IMG/VR virus record: IMGVR_UViG_3300021512_000014
DNA: 20,818 bases
DNA from: a virus
Direction: 5' to 3' (one strand)
The notes under the pieces were generated by a model. That model did no database searches, had not been told where the DNA came from, and saw only the letters and a list, made by a program, of their open reading frames with translations. Positions 7,301-16,153 of the stretch are shown here, piece after piece. The position numbers were made by a program, and so were the translations under genes. Every line of letters begins with the position of its first letter. Position 1 is the first letter of the stretch.

Positions 7301-7526
7301 ACAACAAGCAAAAGTAATAGAGGCAAAGATTAGGTCATATATAGGTATTTTGAGGACAGGTCTTACTTATGAAGAGGTGCATAAATTAAACAAATTCTTA
7401 AAATCAAGCCAGGGGCTTGACGAGTTTGGGCAGGAGGCTCCTGGGCTTATTAAGGTATGCACGCTAGTAGAGCAATTGTTGTTAGAAGGAGGAGAAAATG
7501 AGAAAAAAAGAACAAGAGAGGTATAA
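7293..7526 (+). CDS. Hypothetical protein, 77 aa
   Basis: Overlaps neighbours in the operon; no recognised motif. Confidence 0.6.
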   Translation: MGKQQAKVIEAKIRSYIGILRTGLTYEEVHKLNKFLKSSQGLDEFGQEAPGLIKVCTLVEQLLLEGGENEKKRTREV

Positions 7527-7881
7527 AGCACGACTTTTGGCTGTGCTTTCAAGGCATATTGGTAAAGCAAGGGCTATAAGTATGGCCGAGCTTTATAGAC
7601 TTGTTTTTGAGAAAGAACCAAAAGATAAAATTACAGGCACTAGAGAAATAAGACAAATCATTACGGAACTAAGAAAAGAAGGGGTACCTATTTGTTCTTC
7701 AACCGAGCAAACAGGAGGGGGATATTATTTAGCCTCGGTGGGCTCGGATTTAGAGGTATATTGTAAAAAGCTCAGGCAAAGGGCCTTGAGGGCTTTGGCA
7801 ATGGAAGCAAAGTTGCGGCGTCTAACCTTGCCTCAACTGATAGGGCAAATTCAACTTAATTTAACAAGGGAGGCGATATGA
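7498..7881 (+). CDS. Winged-HTH DNA-binding phage protein
   Basis: ISMAELYRLV...REIRQIITELRKEGVPICSS...GGGYYLA pattern; SD AGGAGG. Confidence 0.7.
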   Translation: MRKKEQERYKARLLAVLSRHIGKARAISMAELYRLVFEKEPKDKITGTREIRQIITELRKEGVPICSSTEQTGGGYYLASVGSDLEVYCKKLRQRALRALAMEAKLRRLTLPQLIGQIQLNLTREAI

Positions 7882-8348
7882 GGGTAGCTAGGAAATTGTA
7901 TTTATCAGAGGCACATAAAGAGGCAGATCAATTATTGATGCAAATGGCTGAATATAAATGCAGATTAAAGGCAATTCAGGATGAGGCTGAAGCGGAAATA
8001 GCTAAGATTAGGGGGAAATATGTGGCAGAAATAAAAGATTTAGAGTCAATTATTCAAACACTGGACAAAAAGATTAAAACCCTTTGCAAGTACGAGAGGG
8101 AGGAGCTCTTTGCTGAAACACAAAGAGTGGAGCTTCAGCATGGGGCGCTTTTGTATCATGCGGAATGGAAGATTAAGCGGGCAAGGGGGGTCTTAGATAA
8201 ACTTGAGGAGCTGGGTATGACTGAGGCTATTAAAGTAAGTAAGTCTGTCAGATGGGATGTCCTGGAAAAATGGACGGATGAAAAGCTATTTTTAGTGGGC
8301 ACTGAAAGAAAATTAAAGGAAAGTTTTAGTTATGAACTATATGAATAG
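7878..8348 (+). CDS. gam: Gam-like host-nuclease inhibitor (DNA-end protection)
   Basis: 156 aa with a long coiled-coil N-terminus, then REELFAETQRVELQHGALLY and a basic beta region; located in the semi-essential region. Confidence 0.8.
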   Translation: MRVARKLYLSEAHKEADQLLMQMAEYKCRLKAIQDEAEAEIAKIRGKYVAEIKDLESIIQTLDKKIKTLCKYEREELFAETQRVELQHGALLYHAEWKIKRARGVLDKLEELGMTEAIKVSKSVRWDVLEKWTDEKLFLVGTERKLKESFSYELYE

Positions 8349-8423
8349 GAGAAAAAATGCTTATAGCTGAAAACAATTCAAAAACCACAGTGAGCAAGCA
8401 TTGAATATAAAGAGAGAGGAAGA

Positions 8424-8507
8424 ATGGCGAAAAGATTAAAAGGAATAAAATTTGGCAATGTGAAGGCTAGGAATCGTAAAAGCAAAAGAAGAAAGTATAA
8501 AATTTAA
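8424..8507 (+). CDS. 27-aa highly basic peptide (not in ORF track)
   Basis: MAKRLKGIKFGNVKARNRKSKRRKYKI; purine-rich SD GAGAGG upstream. Confidence 0.45.
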   Translation: MAKRLKGIKFGNVKARNRKSKRRKYKI

Positions 8508-8517
8508 GGAGGAGAAA

Positions 8518-8592
8518 ATGATAGATTTTTTAGAGATACTTGTAATATTATGGATATTTTTAGGAATTGTTTGTTATTGGTTCTTTACTTAA
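8518..8592 (+). CDS. 24-aa single-transmembrane peptide (not in ORF track)
   Basis: MIDFLEILVILWIFLGIVCYWFFT; AGGAGG at 8507-8512, 5 nt before the ATG. Confidence 0.55.
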   Translation: MIDFLEILVILWIFLGIVCYWFFT

Positions 8593-8607
8593 CCAAAGAG
8601 GAGTTAA

Positions 8608-8844
8608 ATGACGATAGAAGACCTTAAACAAGAGGCTATAGAAGCAAAAAAATATAATGGTCTTGTAGTTTTACGAGTTCTTAAAGGCTGCAAGCCACGC
8701 AGTTTCCCCAAAGGAGACTTGCTGGGTTATGAAAGCAGAAAAGGAAAATTATATCGCATTTACGGTTTTGACCCGGATAGGATTCTAAAATGGATTAAAA
8801 AACAAAACCTATCTAAATTTTGCGAAGTGAAGTCAATCAAATGA
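8608..8844 (+). CDS. Hypothetical protein, 78 aa
   Basis: SD GAGGAG; ATGA overlap with the next gene. Confidence 0.7.
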   Translation: MTIEDLKQEAIEAKKYNGLVVLRVLKGCKPRSFPKGDLLGYESRKGKLYRIYGFDPDRILKWIKKQNLSKFCEVKSIK

Positions 8845-9017
8845 GTAAAACAGGAGAGATGCTGTTTTGGGCGGCACTAGCCACTATACTGGCGGAGACA
8901 CGAACACCACAACCAACCAGAAAGCTTCCGCCTTTTACAAAGAAAGACAAAAAGGTCGAGAAGAGAAGAAAGCGCAATAAAAGGGCAAAACAAAGCAGGC
9001 GGAGGAATAGGAAGTGA
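8841..9017 (+). CDS. Small basic protein with an Arg/Lys-rich C-terminus, 58 aa
   Basis: Start placed at the ATGA overlap at 8841; ends KRRKRNKRAKQSRRRNRK. Confidence 0.6.
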   Translation: MSKTGEMLFWAALATILAETRTPQPTRKLPPFTKKDKKVEKRRKRNKRAKQSRRRNRK

Positions 9018-9277
9018 CAAATTACATTAAAAGGAGCGTTATGCCTTTTAATTTTTTTATTAAAACAATTAGAAAAGAAGTAGAGCAGCTTCCACATTTT
9101 TTAACACTCAAACAGGTTGCTCATTTTTTGCAAGTTGACTACTTCACCATCTATCGCTTAGTGGTGATAGGCGAAATTGATGCCACAAAAGTGGCAGGCC
9201 GCTGGAGAGTCCCTCGCTCATCTTTATTAGAGTATCTTGAGAGAAGGCATCCGTTCAACTGGGAAGACTCTTTTTAG
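9014..9277 (+). CDS. Excisionase/MerR-like HTH DNA-binding protein, candidate late regulator (alternative start ATG 9041)
   Basis: FLTLKQVAHFLQVDYFTIYRLVVIGEIDATKVAGRWRVPRSSL is a classic HTH_17-type pattern; last gene before the lysis genes. Confidence 0.8.
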   Translation: MTNYIKRSVMPFNFFIKTIRKEVEQLPHFLTLKQVAHFLQVDYFTIYRLVVIGEIDATKVAGRWRVPRSSLLEYLERRHPFNWEDSF

Positions 9278-9291
9278 CAGATTTTACACAC
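9269..9291 (+). promoter_or_regulatory. Late-promoter candidate element, copy 1: TCTTTTTAGCAGATTTTACACAC
   Basis: Exact 23-bp match to 16191-16213; 35 bp upstream of the endolysin ATG. Confidence 0.7.
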
Positions 9292-9326
9292 CTATTTTAG
9301 TTTAATTTTATCCTTTTATATTCAAA

Positions 9327-9800
9327 ATGTTAGATAAATTAAATGAATTAGAACTTTTGACCCTCGTTATCTTTGGAGAAGCTAGAGGATTAGATCATTG
9401 TGGCCGTTTAGCTGTTGGCTGCGTGGTTAGAAATAGAGTTATAAAAAACAACACAAATTACAAAATTGAAATTCTTAAACCTTATCAATTTAGCTGTTTC
9501 AATCCTGGAGATCCAAATCGTGAATTATTAGAACGCATTGCAAAAAAAATTGAATGTTTAAAAGAAGAGCAGAATATACTTACAGAAGAAATTTTTAATC
9601 GGCTTGATAAAACACTACTAGGAGAAGGAGCACTGTTTGATTGTTATACGTGTGCACTAGCAGTTATGAAAGGATGCCAAGATATTACAACAGGAGCCAC
9701 ACATTACATCGCAATTTATTGTGCTATGCCTGAATGGGTAAAAGGGATGCGAATGACCAAAGTAATTGGTCAACATATATTTTTCGTAGAGAAAAGATAA
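9327..9800 (+). CDS. Endolysin, SleB/CwlJ-like cell wall hydrolase (Hydrolase_2)
   Basis: IFGEARG...LAVGCVVRNRV, PYQFSCFN, GATHY and IGQHIF motifs. Confidence 0.9.
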   Translation: MLDKLNELELLTLVIFGEARGLDHCGRLAVGCVVRNRVIKNNTNYKIEILKPYQFSCFNPGDPNRELLERIAKKIECLKEEQNILTEEIFNRLDKTLLGEGALFDCYTCALAVMKGCQDITTGATHYIAIYCAMPEWVKGMRMTKVIGQHIFFVEKR

Positions 9801-9810
9801 GGAGGGAGAT

Positions 9811-10194
9811 ATGAAGATAGCAGTAATAGTAATAGGCATATTTTTTTTATGTTTTGCCTTAATAGGATGTGCTACTCGCATGAGATTTTCTAAGAGTTAT
9901 GACAAGTTCATGAAGCAGGCTGACAAGCTGGCCGCTGTGCTGTGTGAGCACAGCGAATTTTCAGTTTGCTACTGGAAGGCAGCTCTCGGAGAGGATATTG
10001 GCAAGATGCCTGCAGAGGCAATGGAAATCCTCAACGAAATTGAAGTGACGGTTAAGGGCAAGAAAGTCGAAGACCTCACAGAATGTGAGAAGGGCAAACT
10101 ATTAGGCTTGTGGCAACGGTTTGGCTCGCTCGTAGGTAAAGATCTCATTGAGCGGGTTGTGCCTTTTATGGTGAGGTTTGTGGGTGTGTTGTAA
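9811..10194 (+). CDS. Lipoprotein in the lysis cassette (possible spanin component)
   Basis: MK + hydrophobic stretch + lipobox LIG-C; SD GGAGGGAG; follows the endolysin. Confidence 0.6.
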   Translation: MKIAVIVIGIFFLCFALIGCATRMRFSKSYDKFMKQADKLAAVLCEHSEFSVCYWKAALGEDIGKMPAEAMEILNEIEVTVKGKKVEDLTECEKGKLLGLWQRFGSLVGKDLIERVVPFMVRFVGVL

Positions 10195-10364
10195 TGGAAA
10201 ATGAAATTACAAGAGCAAGGGCTTTTGTGACGCTGCTTAAGGCTTGGCTTTTGGAGGCCAGGACTAGGTGTGGCGAGGTTGAAGACCCTGAGGAATGTCG
10301 CAGAACTGCTGAGCGGCTCATGGAGCTGATAAAGAAATTTGAAAGACTGATGAAACTAGTGTGA
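10194..10364 (+). CDS. Hypothetical protein, 56 aa (not in ORF track)
   Basis: MENEITRARAFVTLLKAWLLEARTRCGEVEDPEECRRTAERLMELIKKFERLMKLV; TAATG overlap upstream and GTGA overlap downstream fill the gap exactly. Confidence 0.7.
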   Translation: MENEITRARAFVTLLKAWLLEARTRCGEVEDPEECRRTAERLMELIKKFERLMKLV

Positions 10365-10690
10365 GGCGTATGGAGATTACTGTTTTAAAACTTCTTTTAC
10401 AATATGGCACAGCACCAGCACTGATTTTGTTATGTGTTTTAATTGTCCTTTTTAATAAAGAAATTGGCAGGCGAATAGAAGGGCTGGAAAATACATTTAA
10501 GGAGCTGAAAGGTAAAACTGATTTTATCGAACAGAGTTATGTTAGGAAAGAAGATTTATATCGAGATATTTCTGGCTGGCGAGGAGATGTAAAGACACTA
10601 TTTACGAAGATAGATAATTTACGAGAAGAGTTTTTTTATTTAAAAGGACGATATGAGGAATTAAAGGACAAAAAAAATGAAGAGTTTTAG
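10361..10690 (+). CDS. Single-TM plus coiled-coil protein (Mu gp25/DUF2730-like or holin-like); alternative start ATG 10370
   Basis: TAPALILLCVLIVLF helix followed by a heptad-rich region; position before the gp26-like gene. Confidence 0.65.
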   Translation: MRRMEITVLKLLLQYGTAPALILLCVLIVLFNKEIGRRIEGLENTFKELKGKTDFIEQSYVRKEDLYRDISGWRGDVKTLFTKIDNLREEFFYLKGRYEELKDKKNEEF

Positions 10691-10964
10691 GGCATTGCGT
10701 GGTTTAATTCTGGACTTTTTAAAAAGTGTCTACCCCACAATGGTCCTTGAGCTGGATATAATTGGGGTATTTTATCAGGACTATCGTGATAAGCATATTA
10801 GGCAAGCATTAGCATATCTTGTGGATAAAGGGTATGTAGAAAAAATAAAGAAATTGCATCCTGTGCATCGTTATGAAAAACAGGTTTTTTATAGGTTAAC
10901 AGCCAAAGGAATTGATATTTATGAAGGCACCATCAGGGATGAAGGTGTGCTTTTAGAGGATTAA
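10677..10964 (+). CDS. Mu gp26-like winged-helix protein
   Basis: LRGLILDFLK...IRQALAYLVDKGYV...YRLTAKGID; position before the small terminase. Confidence 0.75.
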   Translation: MKSFRALRGLILDFLKSVYPTMVLELDIIGVFYQDYRDKHIRQALAYLVDKGYVEKIKKLHPVHRYEKQVFYRLTAKGIDIYEGTIRDEGVLLED

Positions 10965-11483
10965 ATGTCAAGACGTTCGAAAGTAGATATATATGGACTG
11001 GTTGAGCAGGTGCTTGCACTGTATGAGGAAGGCAAGACCATTGCAGAGATTGAGCAGATTTTACGCAGTGAAGGCTATGATATTAGCAGGGAGAGCATCA
11101 GGCGACGCATTAAATCGGCCAAAGAGGTGGCTAATATATATAAAAGGAGCCTGGAAGAGGCAAAGGTTCTTTTAGAGACGGTTAGAGATAATCCCAATAC
11201 AGATGTAGTTGAGGTAACCAATTCACTTCTGGCGCATAAGCTTTTTGAGTTTGCTAAGTCAGTTGAAGAACTTGATTTTGATAATCCTATGGCATTTGTC
11301 AAAGCAGTTAATCAACTTTCTGAAGCACAGGTGCGAGTGGCAAAGTTACGGCTTGATTATCAAAAGGGTTTTGAGGCAGCAAAAAAGGAGATTATGCAAG
11401 CTGTAGCAAAAGAGATAGAGAAGTACCCCGATTTAAAGGCACGACTTTTAGAGATTATCCAAAATGTTGAGATTCAGAAATGA
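10965..11483 (+). CDS. terS: Putative terminase small subunit (Mu gp27/DUF3486-like)
   Basis: MSRRSKVD start, HTH-like KTIAEIEQILRSEGYDISRESIRR; directly upstream of terL. Confidence 0.8.
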   Translation: MSRRSKVDIYGLVEQVLALYEEGKTIAEIEQILRSEGYDISRESIRRRIKSAKEVANIYKRSLEEAKVLLETVRDNPNTDVVEVTNSLLAHKLFEFAKSVEELDFDNPMAFVKAVNQLSEAQVRVAKLRLDYQKGFEAAKKEIMQAVAKEIEKYPDLKARLLEIIQNVEIQK

Positions 11484-12988
11484 TTATCAAAGACCTCATC
11501 GGCCCGACCGATCCAGAGAAAGAAGCCCGCATCAAACGGGCAACTCAAGATTTTGCCTATTTTTGCCAGTATTATCTTAAAGAAGCTTTTCCTATCCCCT
11601 TTGCAGAATATCAAAAGATTATCATAGACATTATTAATAAACAGGCCATTACAGAGGTAGATGTAAAATCTCTTAAAAAATTTATTAAAAAAGACAGGCA
11701 TATTTACCTTAAAGTTTCAGAAAAACTTGAAGGTATTTTAGATTTAGAACCCCGGGATCATGGCAAAACTACTCGTATGTCTCAAGCGTTACCACTGTGG
11801 TTGGTGCTGACAAGAGCAGGGGTTTTCCCTGTTGTAGTTGGAGTATCAAGGGAAAGCGCTACTAATTTTATAGAGAGCATCAAGCTTGAGCTTGAGAATA
11901 ATGATAGAATTTTAGAGGATTTCGGTGATTTAAAAGGGCGTACCTGGAAGAAAAATAAAATCACACTCAAAAACGGCAATGCTATTGCGGCAGTTGGAGC
12001 AAATGAAGGAATAAGGGGCATCAAAGACAAATATAGAAGACCAACACACATAATCTGTGATGACTTACTGAAAGACAAAGATGTGGAAAGTCGTAGTTTG
12101 AGGGAGTCGCTTTATAGATGGTTTAAGCGGGTCATAATGAATTTAGGTAAAGGGGCACTTATTATTGTAGTTAATACAATTATGCATCCGGATGACCTGC
12201 CCAGCCGTCTTTTAAAAGAGATAAAAGGTGGCAAATTGAAAAATTGGGTGGGTTTTAGGTTTTCAGCTACTACCCCTGAGGGTAAACCTCTATGGCCACA
12301 GCGATGGAGTTTGCGAGATTTAGCAAAGAAAAAAGAGGAATTAGGCGTATCTATTTATGCTACAGAATGGGAAAATGAACCGATAGCTGAGGAGGAGAAG
12401 AAATTTAAGAAAGAGTGGTTTCGTTATTTTGAGCTTGAGGATGTGAATTTGCGAAATTTGGTAAAAGTGATGGCGGTTGATCCGGCCACAGGTAAAGAGA
12501 CAGGGGATTATTCGGCAATTGTTGTGGTGGGATTGAGTGAGCGTGGCATGTTATATGTGCTAGATGCGGAGGGAGCGAAAATATCGGATTTAACGTTAAT
12601 AGATAGGATTATTACTAAATACATACTCTGGCGGCCAGGCAAAATTATGTTTGAAGACCAAAGTTTTCAAGAAATTTACAGGAATCAGCTTTTACGAGAA
12701 GCCTTAAAACAAAATGTCATTTTGCCTGTGATAGGGGTTAAACAAACAAGCAACAAAAAATTCAGAATTAGTAAGCTTTCACCGCTTATTGAGGCAGGTA
12801 TTGTTTTATTCAGAAAAGAGCAGACTTTACTTTTGACACAACTAGAGAACTTTCCAAAAGACCACGATGATTTGCCAGATGCTTTGGAGATGGCGGTTTC
12901 AGCCCTTATTAGTGCTGGAAGTGGGCCAGTAGAGTATGAAACGGTGGCAAGGCGCAGATATAGAAACAAAAGGGGAGGTATTTGGTAA
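11480..12988 (+). CDS. terL: Terminase large subunit
   Basis: Walker A PRDHGKTT, Walker B IICDD, nuclease motifs VDPA..DYSA and HDDLPDA. Confidence 0.95.
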   Translation: MIIKDLIGPTDPEKEARIKRATQDFAYFCQYYLKEAFPIPFAEYQKIIIDIINKQAITEVDVKSLKKFIKKDRHIYLKVSEKLEGILDLEPRDHGKTTRMSQALPLWLVLTRAGVFPVVVGVSRESATNFIESIKLELENNDRILEDFGDLKGRTWKKNKITLKNGNAIAAVGANEGIRGIKDKYRRPTHIICDDLLKDKDVESRSLRESLYRWFKRVIMNLGKGALIIVVNTIMHPDDLPSRLLKEIKGGKLKNWVGFRFSATTPEGKPLWPQRWSLRDLAKKKEELGVSIYATEWENEPIAEEEKKFKKEWFRYFELEDVNLRNLVKVMAVDPATGKETGDYSAIVVVGLSERGMLYVLDAEGAKISDLTLIDRIITKYILWRPGKIMFEDQSFQEIYRNQLLREALKQNVILPVIGVKQTSNKKFRISKLSPLIEAGIVLFRKEQTLLLTQLENFPKDHDDLPDALEMAVSALISAGSGPVEYETVARRRYRNKRGGIW

Positions 12989-14529
12989 TGGCCAATAATA
13001 TTATTATTTATGACCAATTTGGACGGCCGGTCAATACACAGGGGTTAAGGCCAGAAAAAAGGGAGCTGGCTGTAACTTCAATAAGGGACCGTTGGTCCAG
13101 TTATCCAAGTAGTGGACTAACACCTGAAAAGCTGGCACGCATTTTTAGAGAGGCCGATGCGGGCTATATCTTGAGACAGGCGGAGCTTTTTGAAGAGGTG
13201 TTAGAGAAAGATGGGCATATTTTAAGCGAAATTTCCAAAAGAGAAAATGCCCTTTCTACTCTTGATTATGAGATTGAACCTTTTAGTGAAGAGAAAAGAG
13301 ATATTGAGGTGGCAGAGTTTGTCAAAAATGTAATTGAGAAGCAAGTTGATCTGGATGAAGTGATAGAAGCCTTAAAGACGGCCGTGCCCCGTGGTTTTGC
13401 TAGTGCGGAGGTTATTTGGGATGTTTCAGAAGGACAAGCTGTGCCAAAAGAGGTTAAGTTTGTTGAACAAAAAAGGTTTGTGTGGCCGTGGGACGAACCA
13501 TATCCCCGGCTTATTACCGAAGATGCCCCAAATGGTATAGAAATACCGCCTTTTAAGTTCTTGTTCCATAAGTATAAGCCCTTATCAGGGCATCCTAACA
13601 GGGCACCAATTTTGCGGGTGTGCTGCTGGATGTTTCTTTTTAAGCATTATTCAATAAAGGATTGGGTGGCATTTAGCGAAGTTTATGGGATGCCTTTGCG
13701 ACTTGGCAAGTATGATCCGACCGCTACAGAACCAGCCAAAGAGGCACTTAAACAGGCTATCCAGCAGCTTGGCAGTGATGCCGCAGGCATCATATCAAAA
13801 GACACAGAGATTGAATTTGTGGAAGCGATCAAACAGGCCACAGTGGATGTGTATGATAGATTGGTTAAATTATCTAATACCGAGGTTTCAAAGGCAGTTT
13901 TGGGGCAAACTTTGAGTGTTGAGGTGGGCGATAGAGGCAGCTATGCTGCCGCTAAAGTGCATAATGAAGTAAGGCTTGACCTTTTGAGTGCAGATGCGAC
14001 AGCGATGGCCAAGACAATTAGAAAACAACTTTTTCTACCTCTAGTGGGATGGAATTTTGGCTTTGATACACCCGTTCCATATATTGGGTTTGTGGTAAAG
14101 AAGCCAGAAGATAAAGAGAGAGAAGCAAAAACGGTCAGCACTCTTTTTAAAGATGTAGGTGTGCCGATGAGTAAAAGCTGGATTTATGGCAAGTTTAATA
14201 TCCCACCGCCAAAAGATGAAGAAGATACGCTTGTGCCTTTACAGATGCCTAAAGTGCTTAAGGCAAAGACAAAGAATTTAAAGCAATATACTGCTGAACA
14301 GCAAAGTATTGAGGGGTTGGTTGAAAGAGCGGTTGACTTAGCCAATCAGCAAATGGGCACTTTTTTAGACCCGATTGTAAAGATTGTGCTTGAAAGCAAA
14401 AGTTATGAGGAAATGGAAGAGAAGATTATGACGACTTTTAGTGAGATTTATACGCCAGCAGAATTGCAGGAATTACTTGCCAGGGCCATGTTTATGGCGG
14501 ATTTATTTGGAAGGTTTTCAGCAAAGTAA
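12988..14529 (+). CDS. Portal protein (Mu gp29/DUF935-like)
   Basis: YGMP.R.GKY, SKAVLGQTL, SYAAAKVHNEVR.DL motifs; start placed at the TAATG overlap (12988). Confidence 0.93.
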   Translation: MANNIIIYDQFGRPVNTQGLRPEKRELAVTSIRDRWSSYPSSGLTPEKLARIFREADAGYILRQAELFEEVLEKDGHILSEISKRENALSTLDYEIEPFSEEKRDIEVAEFVKNVIEKQVDLDEVIEALKTAVPRGFASAEVIWDVSEGQAVPKEVKFVEQKRFVWPWDEPYPRLITEDAPNGIEIPPFKFLFHKYKPLSGHPNRAPILRVCCWMFLFKHYSIKDWVAFSEVYGMPLRLGKYDPTATEPAKEALKQAIQQLGSDAAGIISKDTEIEFVEAIKQATVDVYDRLVKLSNTEVSKAVLGQTLSVEVGDRGSYAAAKVHNEVRLDLLSADATAMAKTIRKQLFLPLVGWNFGFDTPVPYIGFVVKKPEDKEREAKTVSTLFKDVGVPMSKSWIYGKFNIPPPKDEEDTLVPLQMPKVLKAKTKNLKQYTAEQQSIEGLVERAVDLANQQMGTFLDPIVKIVLESKSYEEMEEKIMTTFSEIYTPAELQELLARAMFMADLFGRFSAK

Positions 14530-14532
14530 AAC

Positions 14533-15942
14533 ATGCTTAAATTAGAACCCTTGCCTCCGGAAGAAGCAATTAAGTTTTTTGAGCAAAAAGGACTTGTTCT
14601 CTCTGAAAGATGGGATGAGATTTGGCAAGAGATGCACGCAAAGGCCTTTACTGTGGCTGGTGTGATGAGGCTTGATGTGTTGGCTGATATTTATGAACAA
14701 ATACAAAAGGCCATTGCCAAAGGGACAACGCTGGCAAATTTTAAAAAAGATTTTGAAGAGATAATGAAAAGACGGGGCTGGTATGACCCTAAGTTTAAAA
14801 GGCCCTGGAGGCTGGAGACAATTTTTAGGACAAATGTGCAAACAGCATATCAAGCAGGTAGGTATAAACAGCAAAAAGAAATGGCAGATATAAGACCATA
14901 TTGGATGTATGATGCGGTCAATGACAGCCGCACAAGACCAAGTCATGCGGCAATGGATGGCAAGGTATTTAGGGCGGATGACCCGATTTGGGAAACCTGG
15001 TATCCACCAAATGGATTTAACTGCCGCTGTAGGGTGGTGAGCCTTTCTAAAAGGCAGGTTCAGAGCAGAGGGCTTCAAATAAGCGAGGGAAAGGGAGTAA
15101 AGGTTAAACCAGATCAGGGATTTGAGTATAATCCGGGGAAGGTAATTTTTGAGTTAGATATAGAGAAATATAGAAAAAAATATAAAGACCTTTTTAAAAT
15201 AAATCCTGAAATTTTTAAACCACCACAAAAAATTCCCCAGGCGATTTCTGAATTAAAGGATTTCCTAAATGAGAGACTTAATCTTAATATCCGGGAAATA
15301 AAAACAGTGAGGAGCAAACGCTATTTTATGGCTTGCACACGAGATAATGAAATAAGAATCAGCAATATAACTTTCTATGATTATAATAATTTTTGCCCCA
15401 ATAAGGATTTAAAGAATGCTTTAAAGAAAATGAGAAAGGGTGCTCCCCTTACTTTTAACGAAGAATATTCACTTGAGTCATTATGGCATGAGATATTGCA
15501 TAGCTGCCAAAGCATAAGAGACAAGTTTTTATTACCTGAAAAAGACACACTTATTATGGAAACCTTCCATCAATGGCGGGCAAGGCTAACTTATGGGGAA
15601 CTTTTACAGGCTTTTGGTTATACTCCTAGATTCGCAACAAAAACCTTAAATGAAGGCTATGGATATGACTGGTTGGTTAAAAAAAACCGCTGGCTTTTTA
15701 AGCGTCTTAAGTTAGATGCCAGGCCTCTTTTAAAATTGTCAAAAAGAGGCACTTTAATAAAATCTTCTGATGTAGAGAGTTATATGAGTGAAAAGTTAAA
15801 TATTGATTCGTTAGATTCTAAAATGAAATTGAGAGATATGATGTATGATGCTACACGCTGGGAGGTATCTGAAGAAGAATTCAAAAAGAAATGGGAACCT
15901 TTTATCAATTTTCTTCTAAAAAAACGTCAAAGTGGGCATTAG
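14533..15942 (+). CDS. MuF (gpF/gp30-like) minor head protein with a C-terminal HExxH metallopeptidase-like extension
   Basis: MuF motifs AFTVAG, RLETIFRTNVQTAY.AGR, RTRPSH and PPNGFNCRC.V, ending at GFEYNPGK (~aa 203); then ~265 extra aa containing HEILH (aa 319-323) and E343. Confidence 0.9.
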   Translation: MLKLEPLPPEEAIKFFEQKGLVLSERWDEIWQEMHAKAFTVAGVMRLDVLADIYEQIQKAIAKGTTLANFKKDFEEIMKRRGWYDPKFKRPWRLETIFRTNVQTAYQAGRYKQQKEMADIRPYWMYDAVNDSRTRPSHAAMDGKVFRADDPIWETWYPPNGFNCRCRVVSLSKRQVQSRGLQISEGKGVKVKPDQGFEYNPGKVIFELDIEKYRKKYKDLFKINPEIFKPPQKIPQAISELKDFLNERLNLNIREIKTVRSKRYFMACTRDNEIRISNITFYDYNNFCPNKDLKNALKKMRKGAPLTFNEEYSLESLWHEILHSCQSIRDKFLLPEKDTLIMETFHQWRARLTYGELLQAFGYTPRFATKTLNEGYGYDWLVKKNRWLFKRLKLDARPLLKLSKRGTLIKSSDVESYMSEKLNIDSLDSKMKLRDMMYDATRWEVSEEEFKKKWEPFINFLLKKRQSGH

Positions 15943-16147
15943 CAATATACCGATCCCAAGTTAAACCCATTTTTTTTAGATACTCTTTTGCTTTCTCGTC
16001 TTGCCCACGTAGATAATATAAATCAACAATGTGGGCATAATGAGGGGGAGGACCTAAGCGTTTTTCAATTTCTTCTTTTTTTAACTCACCAAAAAGCTTT
16101 TCAATCTCTTTTTTGCTAGGGTTATGTTCCCAAAAACTCTCCTGCAT
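15905..16147 (-). CDS. 80-aa antisense protein, candidate immunity protein for the MuF extension
   Basis: Only minus-strand gene in the late region with its own promoter; occupies the MuF-protease gap and overlaps the MuF 3' end by 38 bp; helical, TPR-like HIVDLYYLRGQDEKAKEYLKKM. Confidence 0.7.
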   Translation of the reverse strand: MQESFWEHNPSKKEIEKLFGELKKEEIEKRLGPPPHYAHIVDLYYLRGQDEKAKEYLKKMGLTWDRYIANAHFDVFLEEN

Positions 16148-16153
16148 ATTTCT

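Noticed and set aside
3656-9881. Minus-strand and alternative-frame ORFs inside the early operon and endolysin (e.g. 3901-4200, 4964-5164, 5898-6188, 6404-6706, 7069-7326, 8837-9097, 9657-9881)
   Set aside because: They are fully overlapped by better genes, and their Phe/Leu/Ser-rich composition is typical of antisense frames of purine-rich coding DNA.
11480-14529. Intein or intron in terminase or portal
   Set aside because: Lengths are typical, and no intein splice motifs or homing endonuclease motifs were seen.
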